NCBI RefSeq assembly: GCF_006345805.1
Contig: NC_042998.1
Location: 134,602,001-134,666,000, forward strand
Length of the DNA: 64,000 nt
Direction of reading: 5' to 3'
Origin: Octopus sinensis
Lineage: Eukaryota
In this document: piece by piece, positions 47,669 to 60,844 of the stretch
Layout: each line of letters begins with the position of its first letter
Numbering within the stretch: position 1 is the first letter of the stretch
Notes under the pieces: model-generated
The model's database searches: none
What the model saw: the letters and a program-made list of their open reading frames with translations, nothing else
Told to the model about the DNA's origin: nothing
Program-made: the position numbers and the translations under genes

Positions 47669-50494
47669 CTCAGGATTATAAATATGACCCTGAGACCATA
47701 CCTCAGTTGTACTGGTTGTCATTGCCTGGTGCTTATAGTTGGATCTCTCTCAGTTTTCATGATCAATATCTCAGTTGTTTAAAGATAAGGCTGGTGTACT
47801 CATTGAATTAATATATAAGTAGCTTAGTATCAGTGGACCTACTGAGAGAATCAGTGTGATATAGGTCCAGCATATCCATTGGGCTTACAAGCAATTTCCA
47901 TCTACCCAGTTTTACTCTCAAAGCTTGGCTTGACTCATCATCATCATTTAACTTCTGTTTTCCATGCTGGGATGGTTTGACTGAAAATTGGTGAGCTGGG
48001 GAGCTACACCAGGTTCCAATCTGATTTGGTATGATTTCTACAGCTTGATGTTCTTCCTAATGCCAATCACTCCAAGAGTGAAGTGAGTGCTTTTTAAACA
48101 CTCAGGGAATGGCAAAAAGATTCTTAGCCAAAATGTCCCACACATTGGGATTCAAAATGGAACCATGTGATTGTGAAGCAAACTTCTTAACCATTTGACC
48201 ATAACCATAACTGTCATCTTAACTGATAAAAGAAAATGTTTTGAAAGATTATACTTAGATACTATTTTGTAAGTTTACCAAAATAACTAAAACAAATGCA
48301 TTTGACAGATTTTGGGAGACCATTAGAGACAATAATGTCTTGTGGTATTCTGCAGTATTTAAACTTTGTGTTCTGTGTTTGTATCCCATTTGGGTATGGA
48401 CTCACTTTGCTTATCATCTTGCCAGAGTTGGTAAAATAAAGTACTAGTCAAGCACCAGAGTTAATTTAATTGACGAGCCCCTCCTCAAAGATTTGTGACC
48501 TTGTAGCTATCTCCAAAACATTATTATTATGTTCCTGGATTGTGTGCAACAGTGCCTTTATGAGATGTAGGATTGTGTTTAAATTCTCCATCAGTTTTGT
48601 TTTATTTTGTTATGTAAAGTTTGTGCTGTGTAAATTGGTGTTATTTTGTTAGGTGGTGTTTGTTTTCTATCTGCTGTTTTCCTTTCTTTTTGTTAGTTTG
48701 TTCTGGAGGAAGAGACAGTGATCACAGTTTTTGCAAACTTTTCAATGAGATTAATGTTATTAACAGTTCATTTGAATTGTTGCAAGTCATTGAATGCAGG
48801 GAGGAAATTCCAGAGGAACAACATTCTGGGGGAGAAGGACTGGGCATAGCAGTTACAGCAAAACTTGGGAGATTGGACACAATTGTGATACTAAATGTAT
48901 ATCTGATACTAAATGTATAAAAAAGTTTTTATTACGATATTTGAAAGACGTTCTGGTCTTGAATGACTAACTAAAGATATCTCAGAAGAATACAGGTGTT
49001 GCAGAAATATGCTGGATTATCCTTCTGGTCCTAAAAAATGGACCATGGGTACTAATGGCTTAATGTTAATATGCCTTTTCTAAGTTTGTATGCAAAGTGC
49101 ATCAGTATTTTTTTTATTTCTGCAGTACAAAGTCAAAAACATTGAGAACCACTAACCCAGAGTCTCCTTCTTTGCTCATTTGATGATTCGAGGTCTAATT
49201 ACTACCTCTCCCTGATCAGTTGATAAGTTGTTATCATTGTAGAACATTAATCTTTATCCCCCACTTTCCCCATTCTCACTCCATTGTGCCCACATTGGTT
49301 TAAGTTCAAGTGTTTTCTCTCTGGTTTCTCATTGTTTACATGACAGTTATCTGTTTCCATGTTACTAACCAGAATTACTGTGGATTTCGATTTAGTTTGT
49401 AAGTATCTGAATATTTGTATGACTACGAAATTAGGACAGCTCCAGTATATATAAGCTATTACAGATAAAGCATACGAGGAAGTTTCTATGCAGTCAGTCA
49501 ATATACTAGAAAAAGCAGCTAAAAATCACCAATATTACAAATTTTCAATGTCTTGATCTATGAAAAGTGTTGTGCCTAAAGAATAATTCAGTTAAAAATA
49601 TGGGTGAGCTTTTTCTATAATAACAGTTGATGGCAGATGTCAAAAGTAAACATTTTCATCTATTTACATCCATTTTCCCATGTTTGTATGACAGATAATT
49701 TACTTGTTGGAGCAGTTATTCTTACAACTGGATGTCCTTTCCTTTCCATTAATGTATTCTGTCTGAGTCACTCAAGTCTAAAATGGTGCTGTTCATGTAG
49801 CTGAAAATAGGTACCATAGAGTAGGAGCCAACTGATATTCCAAAAATTGTATAAAAATACTTTGCTAATCCTGAGTTCAACATCCATTGTGATTATATTA
49901 TAGGATGAACTCAGCCAAACTGATTTGTGAGTAATATACCACATAAAGTATGTTCAGTGGTTTAAGAATTATGTCAACAGTATTGTGGCTGTTTTTACTG
50001 TGTCGATCCAGGCCAATCCTAATCAAGCAGTCCTATGGGGCAGAGGTAGTTGATGAGATATAACCCACAACTCATATTCTCTGTTATACCATGCTTCTGC
50101 TTAGCTGACGACTATACTGAACATATCAGCTGAGCTAAGGACATAATAACTGCATGAGGTGCAGTCTGACAGTCTAGATATATAGTACATTCTCTCTACT
50201 AAACAGTCTGATCTTGTATGTCTGTAGATTTTGATGGTGGCCATAGTGGAGGTAGGCAAAACAGACTCAGCACAAAAGTTATCTGCACTTTGTTGGTGAT
50301 GCACATCTCAAGAGAGTCTCTGTGGCCGGTGAGGTTACTGATATCAATCTACTTATGATCTTCGCACTTGCTAATGTGCATATCTGTCTAGCTATCGAGT
50401 GAGACACGAGATGCAGGGCAGATGTTACTACATTCACTGTGGTGTTTGCTATGCCAATTTGTAGTGGGGTATCTGTAGCTGGCTCATAACTCAA

Positions 50495-50591
50495 ATTTTT
50501 GCTTGCAACTCAAAGCAAAAAAATTGGCCAAAAGACGGCTCGTATCTCGAAAAACTTGTTATCAAAAAAACTCGTAAGTCAAGGTACCACT
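50495..50591. mobile_element. Tigger-like MITE end fragment
   Basis: CTCGTAAGTCAAGGTACCACT is the reverse complement of a CAGTGGTACCTCGACTTACG-type TIR. Confidence 0.5.
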
Positions 50592-52151
50592 TTATTCCCA
50601 ACTGTATGTATTTAAAATGCTTGTCTTAGCTGAGTGGGTGAGTTAGTGTTTTTATGATGTAATAGTATTCCAGAGTGTTGCGTATGTGCTTGGGCATTTA
50701 GTACTTTTTCATCTAATAACGTGGACTTTGAGGAGTGAAGCCTATTTTGGCAATAAACTGTCATAGGTCAACTTTCAGTTTTGTGTTTTTGTTTTGTCAC
50801 GTAGTTGTTGGTGTGAAATGTATACAACCTGTTATGATGCATAGGGCTATGTTTTGTATTCTTTGTTGTTTATTGTAGAGAGGTTGGGAGTGCTGGTATG
50901 ACAAGCACAGTTCATAATGGATCTTATGAGTTACTTGTACACCATTGTTGTTTCTTTCTGTTGGACTGCTAAGTGCTCCAAGTTTGTTTGGTTGGTTTTC
51001 CTTACTATGTCATCCACATGCTGTGAATATTATGGATAAGTTTTACCTAACACCTAGCATTTTTGTCTTCTGTAACTATGTGCATGTGTGTGTGATATGT
51101 TAAACCAAGATTAATACCTCAGATTTCAGATAGCAAAATCTCAGAAAAATAGCAAAGGATATGACTCTGGGCATTATTAGACTGTGCAAAACTGCAAATA
51201 TTTCACTAAAATGTGGATATTATCTTTGTGTAGTTGGGCATTATTGTAAAATCAATCATTTCCAACATTTTTTGTGTTTTTCTCAAAATGACATCTCTAA
51301 CTATGAGTAACAATCTTTAGGTCATGTTGTCTCTGAGAATAATTGACGTAATAGGCTGAAATTTTGGATGCGTATTACTTTGATACTTGCCTAGATACTG
51401 TTCTAGTTTAATTAGATGCACTTCATTTGTTCATCTTACAGAGATGCTTGAATGCTACTACTCAGGGGTAAAAAACGCTTGAACTGCTGCATATATCTAT
51501 GAGCGACCCCTCAACAAAATCTAAGCCAACTTCATCAATGTCTTTGATTCAGCATCTAGTCTGTATCCCAATCTGTTGGTATTCCAAGTTAGAGCATATT
51601 ATCTTTGATAGTTTGGTAAAAAAAAATTGTTTGCCTTGATAGTCATTTTGAATTTATAATTAGCTCATGAATAGATAATAAGGAAATTTCCATATTTTTT
51701 GATGGAACTAACATTGTTCTTGATGTATGCCATATTTGGTTTGCCTGGGTTTTATTCCCGCTGAGTAAGAGCATCTTCAATTTAGGAGTGTTTTCCTACA
51801 TCTGAGGTGTTAGTCTTACCTTAAACATGAAGGTTATGGTTGTATTTGGTGTTCTCTGATTTTTCTGATAAGAAACGAGACAATAGATTTGGCAGGTGCT
51901 ACTTTTAAGCTTTTTGTTTCTAGGTAATTTCTGGAGAATGGTAGAAAGATATTATTTGCACATGAGGCTGTCTGAATATATTGTGGAGCTGTGGAAGGTT
52001 GTGTAGCTTTAGGTTGAAGAGTGTGGATGAGAGGTTGTCATTTATTTAATTTCATAGTATGCTCTATATTCAACAAACTCTTTATTCTAAAGTGAGTTCT
52101 GACACCAGGTTATTGCTATGCCTAAGTGAAATATATATGTGTGTGTGTTTA

Positions 52152-53385
52152 TAGGGTCATCCCATAAATAATGCAGTTCTTTTATACTTCTTTTATTTTT
52201 CAAAATTTAGATAAATTTCTTTTTTAATCTAAAATAAACTCTCCTTCAATTTCTACAATGCTCTTCCATCTATTTAGTAGACTTGCAGTGCCCCTCTTCC
52301 AAAATTCACTTCTTTGTGACGAAAAATACTCCTCCAGTACTGTTCTGATCTTGTCTACAGAATTCATATTTTTTCCCTCCAAGTGATTTTGAAGAGTATG
52401 GAATAAATGATAATCAGATGGGGCAATGTCCAGTGAATATGGGTGGAGCATTGTTTCCCATTCAGACTGCTCCAGCCTTTGGAATGTCATCCTTGATGTA
52501 TGTGGCCGAGTATTATCCTGATGGAGAAACACCTTTTGTCTTGAAACCAAAGATGGTCGTTTTTCTTCTAGCACTTGTTATTGTTTGGTTTGGGTTTAAA
52601 AGTTCAAAGTGGACTAAACCTTTCATATCCCACCAAACAGATAACACACCTTATGTTGGTGAAGACCTTCTTTAGCCTGGGGTGTCAGTGTTTCTCCTTT
52701 CCCTACTTACTGTCTTTGGCGCTTGAGATTTTTATTGAGAACCCATTTCACGTCACCAGTCAGTATTTAGTCCAAAAACGGTTCATTCGTGAGACATGAC
52801 AGCAAATAAGAGCATAAATTCACTCTCTGCACGTGATTGGACTTGGAAAGTTTGTGAGGAACCTGTTGACTCAATTTGCCAACTTTTCTGATAGCACACA
52901 GGTGTCGATGAATGGTTGAATGACCAAATCCAAGCTTCTCTGCTAGTTCCTCAACAGTTACAATGCAGTTTTATCCCACCAGGGTTTGCAGGACATCTTC
53001 ACTGAGCTCTACAAATCTTCCAGGATGAGGCTCGTCTTCTAGGCTGTAGTTTCCGGCTCGGAATTTCTGGAACCACCATTGATACTGGCTTATGTTTATT
53101 GTCTGATCCCCATATATTGCATTAATATTCCTCACACTTTCCATTGTGTTGTTGCCTTTATTGAATTCATGAAGCCAAATATGCTCCTTTGTCATTTCCT
53201 TAGTAGCTTTGAAAAAATGACTGTTAAAATCAAACTGCACTCTTCAAAACTTGCACTAAGAATAAGGAACAAGGTAAAATTACTACCTGCTCTTATAGCA
53301 AGTTGCTGCAGGTAGTTTATCCCATTCCCCCTCTGACTCTTAGTTCATGCAATTGAAAAAAAACATTATTTATGGGCTGACCCAA
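52152..53385 (-). mobile_element. Near full-length degenerate mariner (second family)
   Basis: TIRs TAGGGTCATCCCATAAATAATG / CATTATTTATGGGCTGACCCAA with TA TSD. Motifs EFNKGNN..INAIYG, WFQKFRAG..LEDEPHPGR, HQDN.RPH and HPYSLDIAPSDYHLF. Confidence 0.92.
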
Positions 53386-54299
53386 TATAGGTGAGTGTGT
53401 GTAGTATACTTTTACAAGAAAATGGTTGCCAGTGTCATCAAAATTTCAGCTTGCTGGCCTTTGTTGGACTGCTCAACTGTGTGTGTGTGTGTATGTGTGC
53501 CTGTGCACACCCTTTTCTTGATGTCATGGTTGTAGATGATCATCAGTCATAGAAGCGATGTTATTTTCTTTCCAGTCTTCCATGAAGAACATGTCTAGCC
53601 ATGGGGAAATATTACCTTGCTTGGTAGCAGATTAGGGTTGGGGGAAAAAGAAGAGCATCCAGCCATAGAAAAATCTTCCACAATGAATTCAGTCTGATCC
53701 ATGCGAGCATGAAAAAGTGGCTGTTAAATGATGATGATGATGGTTATGTTGCTGTTGAAAGTTGTAGAACAGATTTTAATTTTAGTTTTTGCTCAGTTCT
53801 ATTTATCTTTGCTTCCTCAATTCTCAGCCTTGATTCACCTGACTGGTTTCTTAGTTGACCGCCCACTTCTCTCTTCTTGGTTACTCTTATCTATTTTTTT
53901 ACAGTAGTCATTGTTGCCAGGTGATGTTCCATGACTGCTTACTCTTCCAGGCAACACTAATACAGTTCTTTGTAATACTGTTTCTCACACAGACATAGGA
54001 ATATTTATTTTAGATGGAGAAATGGCAAAATTTTAATTGTAATTTACAATGAGACCATAAACTGAGAAGTTGACACCAAATCATACCAACCACTGTTGAC
54101 TCATCAATATAATTACTCTTCATTTCTATTTCTGTGATCATGGAATTTATGCTTGCATTCAGTTTTTAGAGGTTGAGTAGGAGGAAGCAAGATGGCCGAA
54201 GAGATAAAGATAAGTCATTGTGTCTGTGGTATGTCACTCTATGTAGTTTTCCTGTTGATGGTTTAGCAGTGTTTGTGGTTTTTGTGGTGTTGTTGTTGA

Positions 54300-54580
54300 T
54301 AGCTGGTCACTGTGTCTCATATTCTCTCAGCATTAATAGGTCGGCTGTCTCACATATTTCAGTGTTGATAGATAAATTGTCTCACATATTAATAGATCAA
54401 CTGTCTCACATATATGTGTTAATAGCCCAACTCTCACATATCTCAGTATTAATACATCAAGTGTCTCATATTCTTCTAGTGTTAATAGGTCAACTGTCTC
54501 ACATACGCCAGTGCTAATATTGTCACTGTCTTACATATCTCTGTGTTAACAGGTCACTGTGTCTCACATATCCCTATGTA
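54300..54580 (+). repeat. ~30-bp minisatellite (CAACTGTCTCACATATCTCAGTGTTAATAG-like units)
   Basis: About nine recurring TGTCTCACATA cores. Confidence 0.85.
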
Positions 54581-54849
54581 ATACACTTCCATACATGCAG
54601 TGTCAAGTGATTACTGTCTCATTACCACCCTAGTGTCTTTATTTTATTTCTGTTATCCTATCATAATGTGTGGACTTTCAATTGTTGGGGTAACTTGATA
54701 TTTCTCTATTAAAGAACCACGCTGGGTAATGTGATATATTACTGGCTTATTTGCTGTGAGAACTAAGTATACTCAATTCCATTTACAAAGTCTGCCAAAA
54801 AATGTATGTACACTTCAGGAAAGGAAAAATCTGTATGAATATTTTAATT

Positions 54850-55870
54850 CAGTGTTTTTGGAATTTATTCAGATACACCAGAAATGAACTTACACGCATC
54901 CAGAGCAAGTGTAGCTGGACAGGACAAGGTGACCTACAACACATGCTTCCTAGAGATATTGAAAACTAAAGGATACCCTATATCCATTGTAAATCAGCTT
55001 AAGTACCCAAGATGACAAACATACCGAACACACAGAAAACCCAGCAACACATGCTTCCTCCAAATACCCCATTTTAGCGAGAGGATAACTACAGCAATCC
55101 AAAGAGCCATAAGAAGAGAAGGATTAGATATACAACTAACCCACTCCAGCCCCTCTCTGAGAAGACACCTAGCAAAGAAATGAGCAAGGGACAGCAATCA
55201 ATGCACACAAGCTAACTGCCCTATCCGTGACACAGATTTATGCCAATGGATAACTGTTGTGTATAGAATACAATGTAACAAATGCAACAAGTTCTATGTG
55301 GGTAGCACAACAAGACTGTTACACATTTGCATCAAAGAGCATCTAAACATGCAAGCCTCCTCCTTGAGAAAACCTCTAGACAGATGCCAGAACACTGACA
55401 AAAGCTTAACAGTTGCAATTGAGGCCAATGACAGAAATTTGGGAAATCTAAGAATTAAGGAAGCTATCCTCATAGATAGACTAGGGCCCCAAATTAACAG
55501 GCTGGAAATTAGCAATCAATATATTATTTAGCTACATCTGGATGCATGTAAGTTCATTTCTGGTAACATGCTCATGTATTAAAAAAAAAAGCTGCACGTA
55601 TAATACATAACTTAGATGCAGTGCTGTGGATAGCCAACACACACAAGCTTGAGACATGGTCGCTCTCACGCACTTTTCATGAAGAATTCTGGAAGGAGCT
55701 TTGTGAGACCACTGCAGAGATGCTTCCAAAGAAAAAAAAATTTCAGTAACCATTGGAAAACTGATTATAGCAGTGACTCGATCAATTCCTAGCAATATCT
55801 GAAGAAAGAATTTTTATATTCCGAAATATTATATCAGACTATGAATAATTAAATTATAAAAGTTATTATA
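54850..55870 (+). mobile_element. 3' fragment of a Penelope-like element (RT thumb, Cys linker, GIY-YIG, 3' UTR)
   Basis: LKTKGYP, FLQIPHFSERIT..IRREGL, CTQANCP..C and VVYRIQCNKCNKFYVGSTTRLLH..IKEHL..LRIKEAILI..PQIN. Confidence 0.88.
55795..55834 (+). ncRNA. Minimal type I hammerhead ribozyme motif at the PLE 3' end
   Basis: ATAT-CTGAAGA-A-AGAAT..ATTCC-GAAA-TATT-ATAT, with palindromic stem III AATATT. Confidence 0.6.
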
Positions 55871-56917
55871 GTACACTTTGCATTGTTGTACCATTCAAGA
55901 CACATTATATTTCACAATTTATTAAATAATATTGCAATTTGATAAAACCTCCTAAGAGATATTTATATTTGTAGGGGTACTCATACAAGTTAAATATCTA
56001 TACTGATTTTTCCTTTTCTGAAGTGTGTATACATTTTTTTGGTGGACTCTGTATATGTGCACATGGAAACCAAGTTAACTCGTTTTTAATTGTAGGGTAC
56101 TTTTGGGGATTCTCCACATTTCGCATGTAGTACACACATTTTATTTTGTACTGGACAATAGATAAAGACTGAGAACTGATTTTACATATGGTTAACATGT
56201 TGCATCACCAGCAAAACTTTAATCAGCACTGTGAAGGTTAAATCCAACACTTGTCCAGTTGGAAAATAGGTAGAACTTTTAAATGTCATACCTCTGAGTT
56301 TGTTTAGTTGTATATCCAGGAAATCATTTGTGTATTATTTGGTTAAACTGTAACTAAGAAAGCCATCTTACCAATACCTTAGGGTATTTATATTTAAATT
56401 ATACCCCCTATTTTTGCTACTCTTTACTTTGATTATAATGATTATTTCAGATTTTGGCACAAGGCCAGCAATTTTAGTGGGAGAGAATAGTTGATTACAT
56501 CATCCCCAGTACTTGGCTGGTACTTATTTTATTGACCCCCAAATGGATGAAAGCAAAGTCATCTGCTGCAGAATTTATCCTTGATTATAATGATTAAAAA
56601 AAAAATGATTGCTAACAGAGGCACAAAGCCATGGATTTTAAGATGTGATTAATTTAACCGAACCCATTGCTTAGTGCTATTTCATTATTTCTTGCTTTAT
56701 AGTAAGAAGTCAAATTTTGGTGGAAGGTTTTTGATTGATCAAATCAACTCTAGAAACTAACTTATTTTATTGATCCTGACAAAATGAAATGTAAAGTTGA
56801 CTTCATTTGTATTGATCTTCACCTTTCATCCTTCTTTGATGAATATGATAAATTCAAATTTCTGACTTTGTGTACCGATAATAAATCATTACTACTATTA
56901 TTATTATTATTATTATT

Positions 56918-57470
56918 GTAGAATCGTTAGCACGCCAGGCAAAATGCTTTGCAGTATTTCGTCTGCCACTACATTCTGATTTCAAGTTCTGCCGCAGTCA
57001 ACTATCCCCCTGCCCCCAAATTTCAGGCCTTCTGCCTATATTAGAAAGGATTCTTCTTATTATTATTATGGCAGCGAGCTGGCAGAAACGCTAACACGCC
57101 GAGCGAAATGCTTAGCGGTATTTCGTCTACCGCTACATTCTAAGTTCAAATTCTGTCGAGGTCGACTTTGCTTTTCATCCTTTCAGGGTCAATTAAATAA
57201 GTACCAGTTACACACTGGGGTCGATGTAATTGACTTAATCCGTTTGTCTGTCCTTGTTTGTCCTCTCTGTGTTTAGCCCCTTGTGGGTAGTAAAGAAATA
57301 GGTATTTTGTCTGTCGGTAGTTTGTCTGAGTTCAAATTCTGCTGAGATTGACTTTGCGTTTTATCCTTTCAGGGTTGATTAAATAAGTACCAGTTACACT
57401 CAGGGGTCAATGTAATTGACTTAACTGCCTTCCCCCAAATTTGAGGCCTTGTGCTTCCAGTAGAAAGGAT
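56918..57470 (+). mobile_element. Cluster of SINE family A copies (full copy ~57070-57300 plus partials)
   Basis: Same head, central domain and tail as 297-528, with several CpG-to-TpG/CpA changes. Confidence 0.85.
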
Positions 57471-57564
57471 TGTTGTTGTTATTATTATTATTTTGGCAAG
57501 CAATTAAGAACAGGGTTAAACAGCTGGTGAAACCTAGTTTCCACTTCCTTTATTAACATAAAGG

Positions 57565-58015
57565 GTGCATGTGTGACTATGTGGTTGAGGTTGCTTCCCA
57601 AATATGTGGTCTAGGGTTCAGTCCCACTCTGTGGCACTTCTACTATAGCTTTGGTCTAACCAAAACTTTGTGAGTTGATTTGGTAGACAGATACTGAAAG
57701 AATCCTATTGTATGTGTGTGTGTGTGTATGTATGTACATATGTGTTATATATATGTGTGTGTGTTAGGGTGTACTCTTGCCCAGGCATCGCATAATGGTT
57801 GTAAATGAGCATCAATTTCATACAAGCAAAGCTGCTTGTATCCAAACACCTGTGAAAAACATGTAAAGCATGTCTAGATATGGGAAAATATTACCTTGCT
57901 ATGAAACATGTGAGGGTTGGTGGCAGGAAGGGCTGGTTGTAGAAAATCTGCCTCAACAAATTCAGTTGAAACTGCAAGCATGGAATAGTGAATGTTAAAT
58001 GATGATGATGATGAC
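57565..58015 (+). mobile_element. Old SINE family B-headed element with an RTE-like (TGA)n tail
   Basis: GGGTTCAGTCCCACT..CTTCTACTATAGC..GATTTGGTAGAC head, ending GCAAGCATGGAA..GTTAAATGATGATGATG. Similar tails lie at 53520-53745 and 26200-26415. Confidence 0.6.
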
Positions 58016-59029
58016 AGATGGCCACAAATTTGTAAGAGAACGCCATATTCAATTTAACTAGCACCAATAGTACATCACTGGTAGTTATTTTATTGGTCTT
58101 AACAGGATGAAAAAGGTAAAATCAGTGCAGGGTGAATAGTAATGATAATAGAAGTGGTATTTTCTTTCTCCAATTATGTATACTGTTTTATTTCCATAAT
58201 AAACTTTGTATATCAGATGAAAGTATTTTGTCTGCTATATAAATTGATTTCCATCATGATATGGCTAGCAATTTCCTTTCTTAATGCTTTACTCCAAATT
58301 ATCATAATTTCTTGCTCTGATATATTTTTGTCTTTCTTGGCTGACAATGATATGTGTTCATCAAAGTATAATGGAGTTGGCAATGATGGTAAAAAAACAG
58401 ACCATATACTGTATGGGATCATCTAATTCACTGTTTCCTATTGTTCTGTTCAAATCCCTCTGGAGGTTGTTGAAATAAAAGTACTTCTCATGATATAAAT
58501 TCAAGTTAATTTGATTATCACTACCTCCACCCACCACCTTACAGAGTTAGTATTGTGTCTTTTAGAGAGATTATGTGCTCATTAGATCTTTGAAAGAAAA
58601 AATGTCATTAATAGTCTGTGAACTGAAAGCTAGTTGAATATATTGCCAAAATTGAAACAGCAGCTTGATATTATTCCAAATTGGTTTTGGTACAAAATAG
58701 ATGTTCATCAACATTAATGTTGTAATGGTTGTATTTTTTTTTTTATATAATTGATAAAACATTTTGAAAAAATAAGGCAATTTTTTTCATTTTCTCTATA
58801 GAATTCTTTCTTTTTTAAAAAAATTCTGGATAAAGGGTGGGGCTTCTGTGGTTGTATTGTGATAATTATTGAAGGATTTTCAAACTTACTTTGTCCTTAC
58901 TTCTTTTGTTTCCTAGTTCCATACCTAGTCAATTAAGTCTCTACCTAATCAGTTAATTATATACCTATCCACTCAATACACAGTTTCCTTTTTTTTTCAT
59001 TTGTTTGGTCAGACTTAGCTTTCTCTACT

Positions 59030-59223
59030 AGGTTCTGTGTCTAATCTCCTAATTCTGTACTTAACTACATACTTTTCTATCTAATCCTTTATTCTGTACC
59101 TAACTACTTAGTTCTATATTTAAATGCTCAATTCTCTACTTAGCCACTTAGTTCTGTACCTAACTACATAGTTCTAGTCATAGTTATATAGTTCTGCACC
59201 TATATATATATAGTTATATAGTT

Positions 59224-59226
<3 letters not shown>
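59030..59226 (+). repeat. ~21-bp degenerate tandem repeat (GTTCTGTACCTAACTACTTA)
   Basis: Recurring TTCT.TAC.TAAC.AC units. Confidence 0.75.
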
Positions 59227-59254
<28 letters not shown>

Positions 59255-59387
59255 GTTGCATGCTTGTATGTCTTTATTGTCACCATACCTTGATTTCACT
59301 TGATAGTTGTAAATGAATGTCACTGTCATGCAAGTGATTTGTTCATTTCCAATCTTCGGGAAATGTTATGTTACTTAGAAACGGAAG

Positions 59388-59419
<32 letters not shown>

Positions 59420-59960
59420 CTGGCTGTTGGACCTGGCATTGCTTGTGTTTTCTGTGTTGAAGTTAAGCCCACCTCTGACCTTGTATTGAAACCTTCTACG
59501 TTCCCTGTGCCAACTATTACCCATTAAGATGTTATGTCTGGTTCGACAAGTTGTTTGCTGGTGGAGGAAAAATAGTCAGAGCAGGTGACATAGTTTTGTT
59601 GACTGAGCAGAATTTTTGAAGCTGCCGCCGACGTGTTCAATGGTGCAGCCATATACTGACATCAACTCACTGCCATGAGCTTCACTCACTCATCAATTTT
59701 CATCAAAATCAGACAAAAATGCAAAGACTGCAGGAAGAATAACATCGTTATGGGAATTTACATTCAAATGCCCAATTGAGCCCACAAAAATTGATGCCAA
59801 CTGAGCATTATCGAGTTTTCGAAAAATTCCAGCCTTATTTGAACTTCAGGGCATGTGATCTACCTATTTTAAATCATTAAAATCAGTTGGACAGTGTGGG
59901 AGGAATTAGAGTAACCGCAAACACACACACAGACAGACACCATTACACATTTATGTATAT
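59420..59960 (-). mobile_element. Old CpG-decayed Helitron-like element
   Basis: ACTGGCTGTTGGACCTGGCATTGCTTGTG resembles the ACTAGCAGTATCGCCCGGCGTTGCTCGGG end at 33476. The far end GTGTGGGAGGAATTAG..ACAGACAGAC..TTTATGTATAT resembles 33921-33990. Confidence 0.55.
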
Positions 59961-60783
59961 TCATATAAGAGGCTTCTTTCAGTTTCAGTCTACCATATCT
60001 ACTAACAAGACTTTGGTTGGCCTGGGGCTATAGTAGAAGTCACTTGCCCAAGGTACCACACAGCCATGCCTGCAAGTTAGTGAAAATGTTGATGGTCAAG
60101 TAGGTGAAGTCAGATGTAAGAAAGAAAGATGAGTATGGAGGTAAGGGACAAAAGAACATAGACAGGATAATATGGTCACATACATGCTGGAGGAAAAAGG
60201 AATGAGCTGATAGTTCTGCACCTAACCACTTAATGTTCTGCCTTATTAATCTGTGTTTTCTGTTGCCTTCTTTTTACATTTGTTTGGTCAAAATACATTA
60301 CTTATTGAATTCTTTATAATTTTCAAAAGTAATTAAAATAGATTATAAAATTGTTGTTTGCAACATGTACAGCAATATGCAAATAATCATTTGTAAAGTA
60401 GATTAATTTGGAAAATTTTAGTAAAAATCTTTTTCTTATTCAAACTGATTTCGGGGATATAAGTTAATGGGAAATTTTGATGGAAAGTTTAAATTTAGAT
60501 TACTAAAAAATGGAAAGTTTGTGTTTTAGAACCAAAGTCAGTCTGAAGTGGATTGGTATCAAAAGGGCCAAGAGTGGCTTTGTCCAGCCTATGTGTAGGA
60601 CAACAGTAAACCCTGGTTGAAGTATGTCTCCATTCTGGTTACTATTCTAAGCATTCCCCATTGTCCAGCAGTGTTTGCAGAATATTTTATGTTGCTGATC
60701 TGAAGAGCTTGTCATATTTGATGTAAGCAGTCTCTTAAGGACCATTAGCCATTGTTAATGTATGCTTATTTTGCTCAGACCAT

Positions 60784-60844
60784 ATGCTACCTACATTAAA
60801 TGGCTTTATAATGACATTATAAAACCATTTAATGCAGGTAGCAT
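60784..60844. repeat. 61-bp near-perfect palindrome
   Basis: ATGCTACCTACATTAAATGGCTTTATAATG-A-CATTATAAAACCATTTAATGCAGGTAGCAT (2 mismatches). Confidence 0.9.

Noticed and set aside
50100-52090. Possible old minus-strand LINE fragments
   Set aside because: Strand-biased composition suggests a TE relic, but I could not read a diagnostic motif, so it is not annotated.
58142-58426. Overlapping short ORFs as a host exon
   Set aside because: No recognisable domain and no convincing splice sites.
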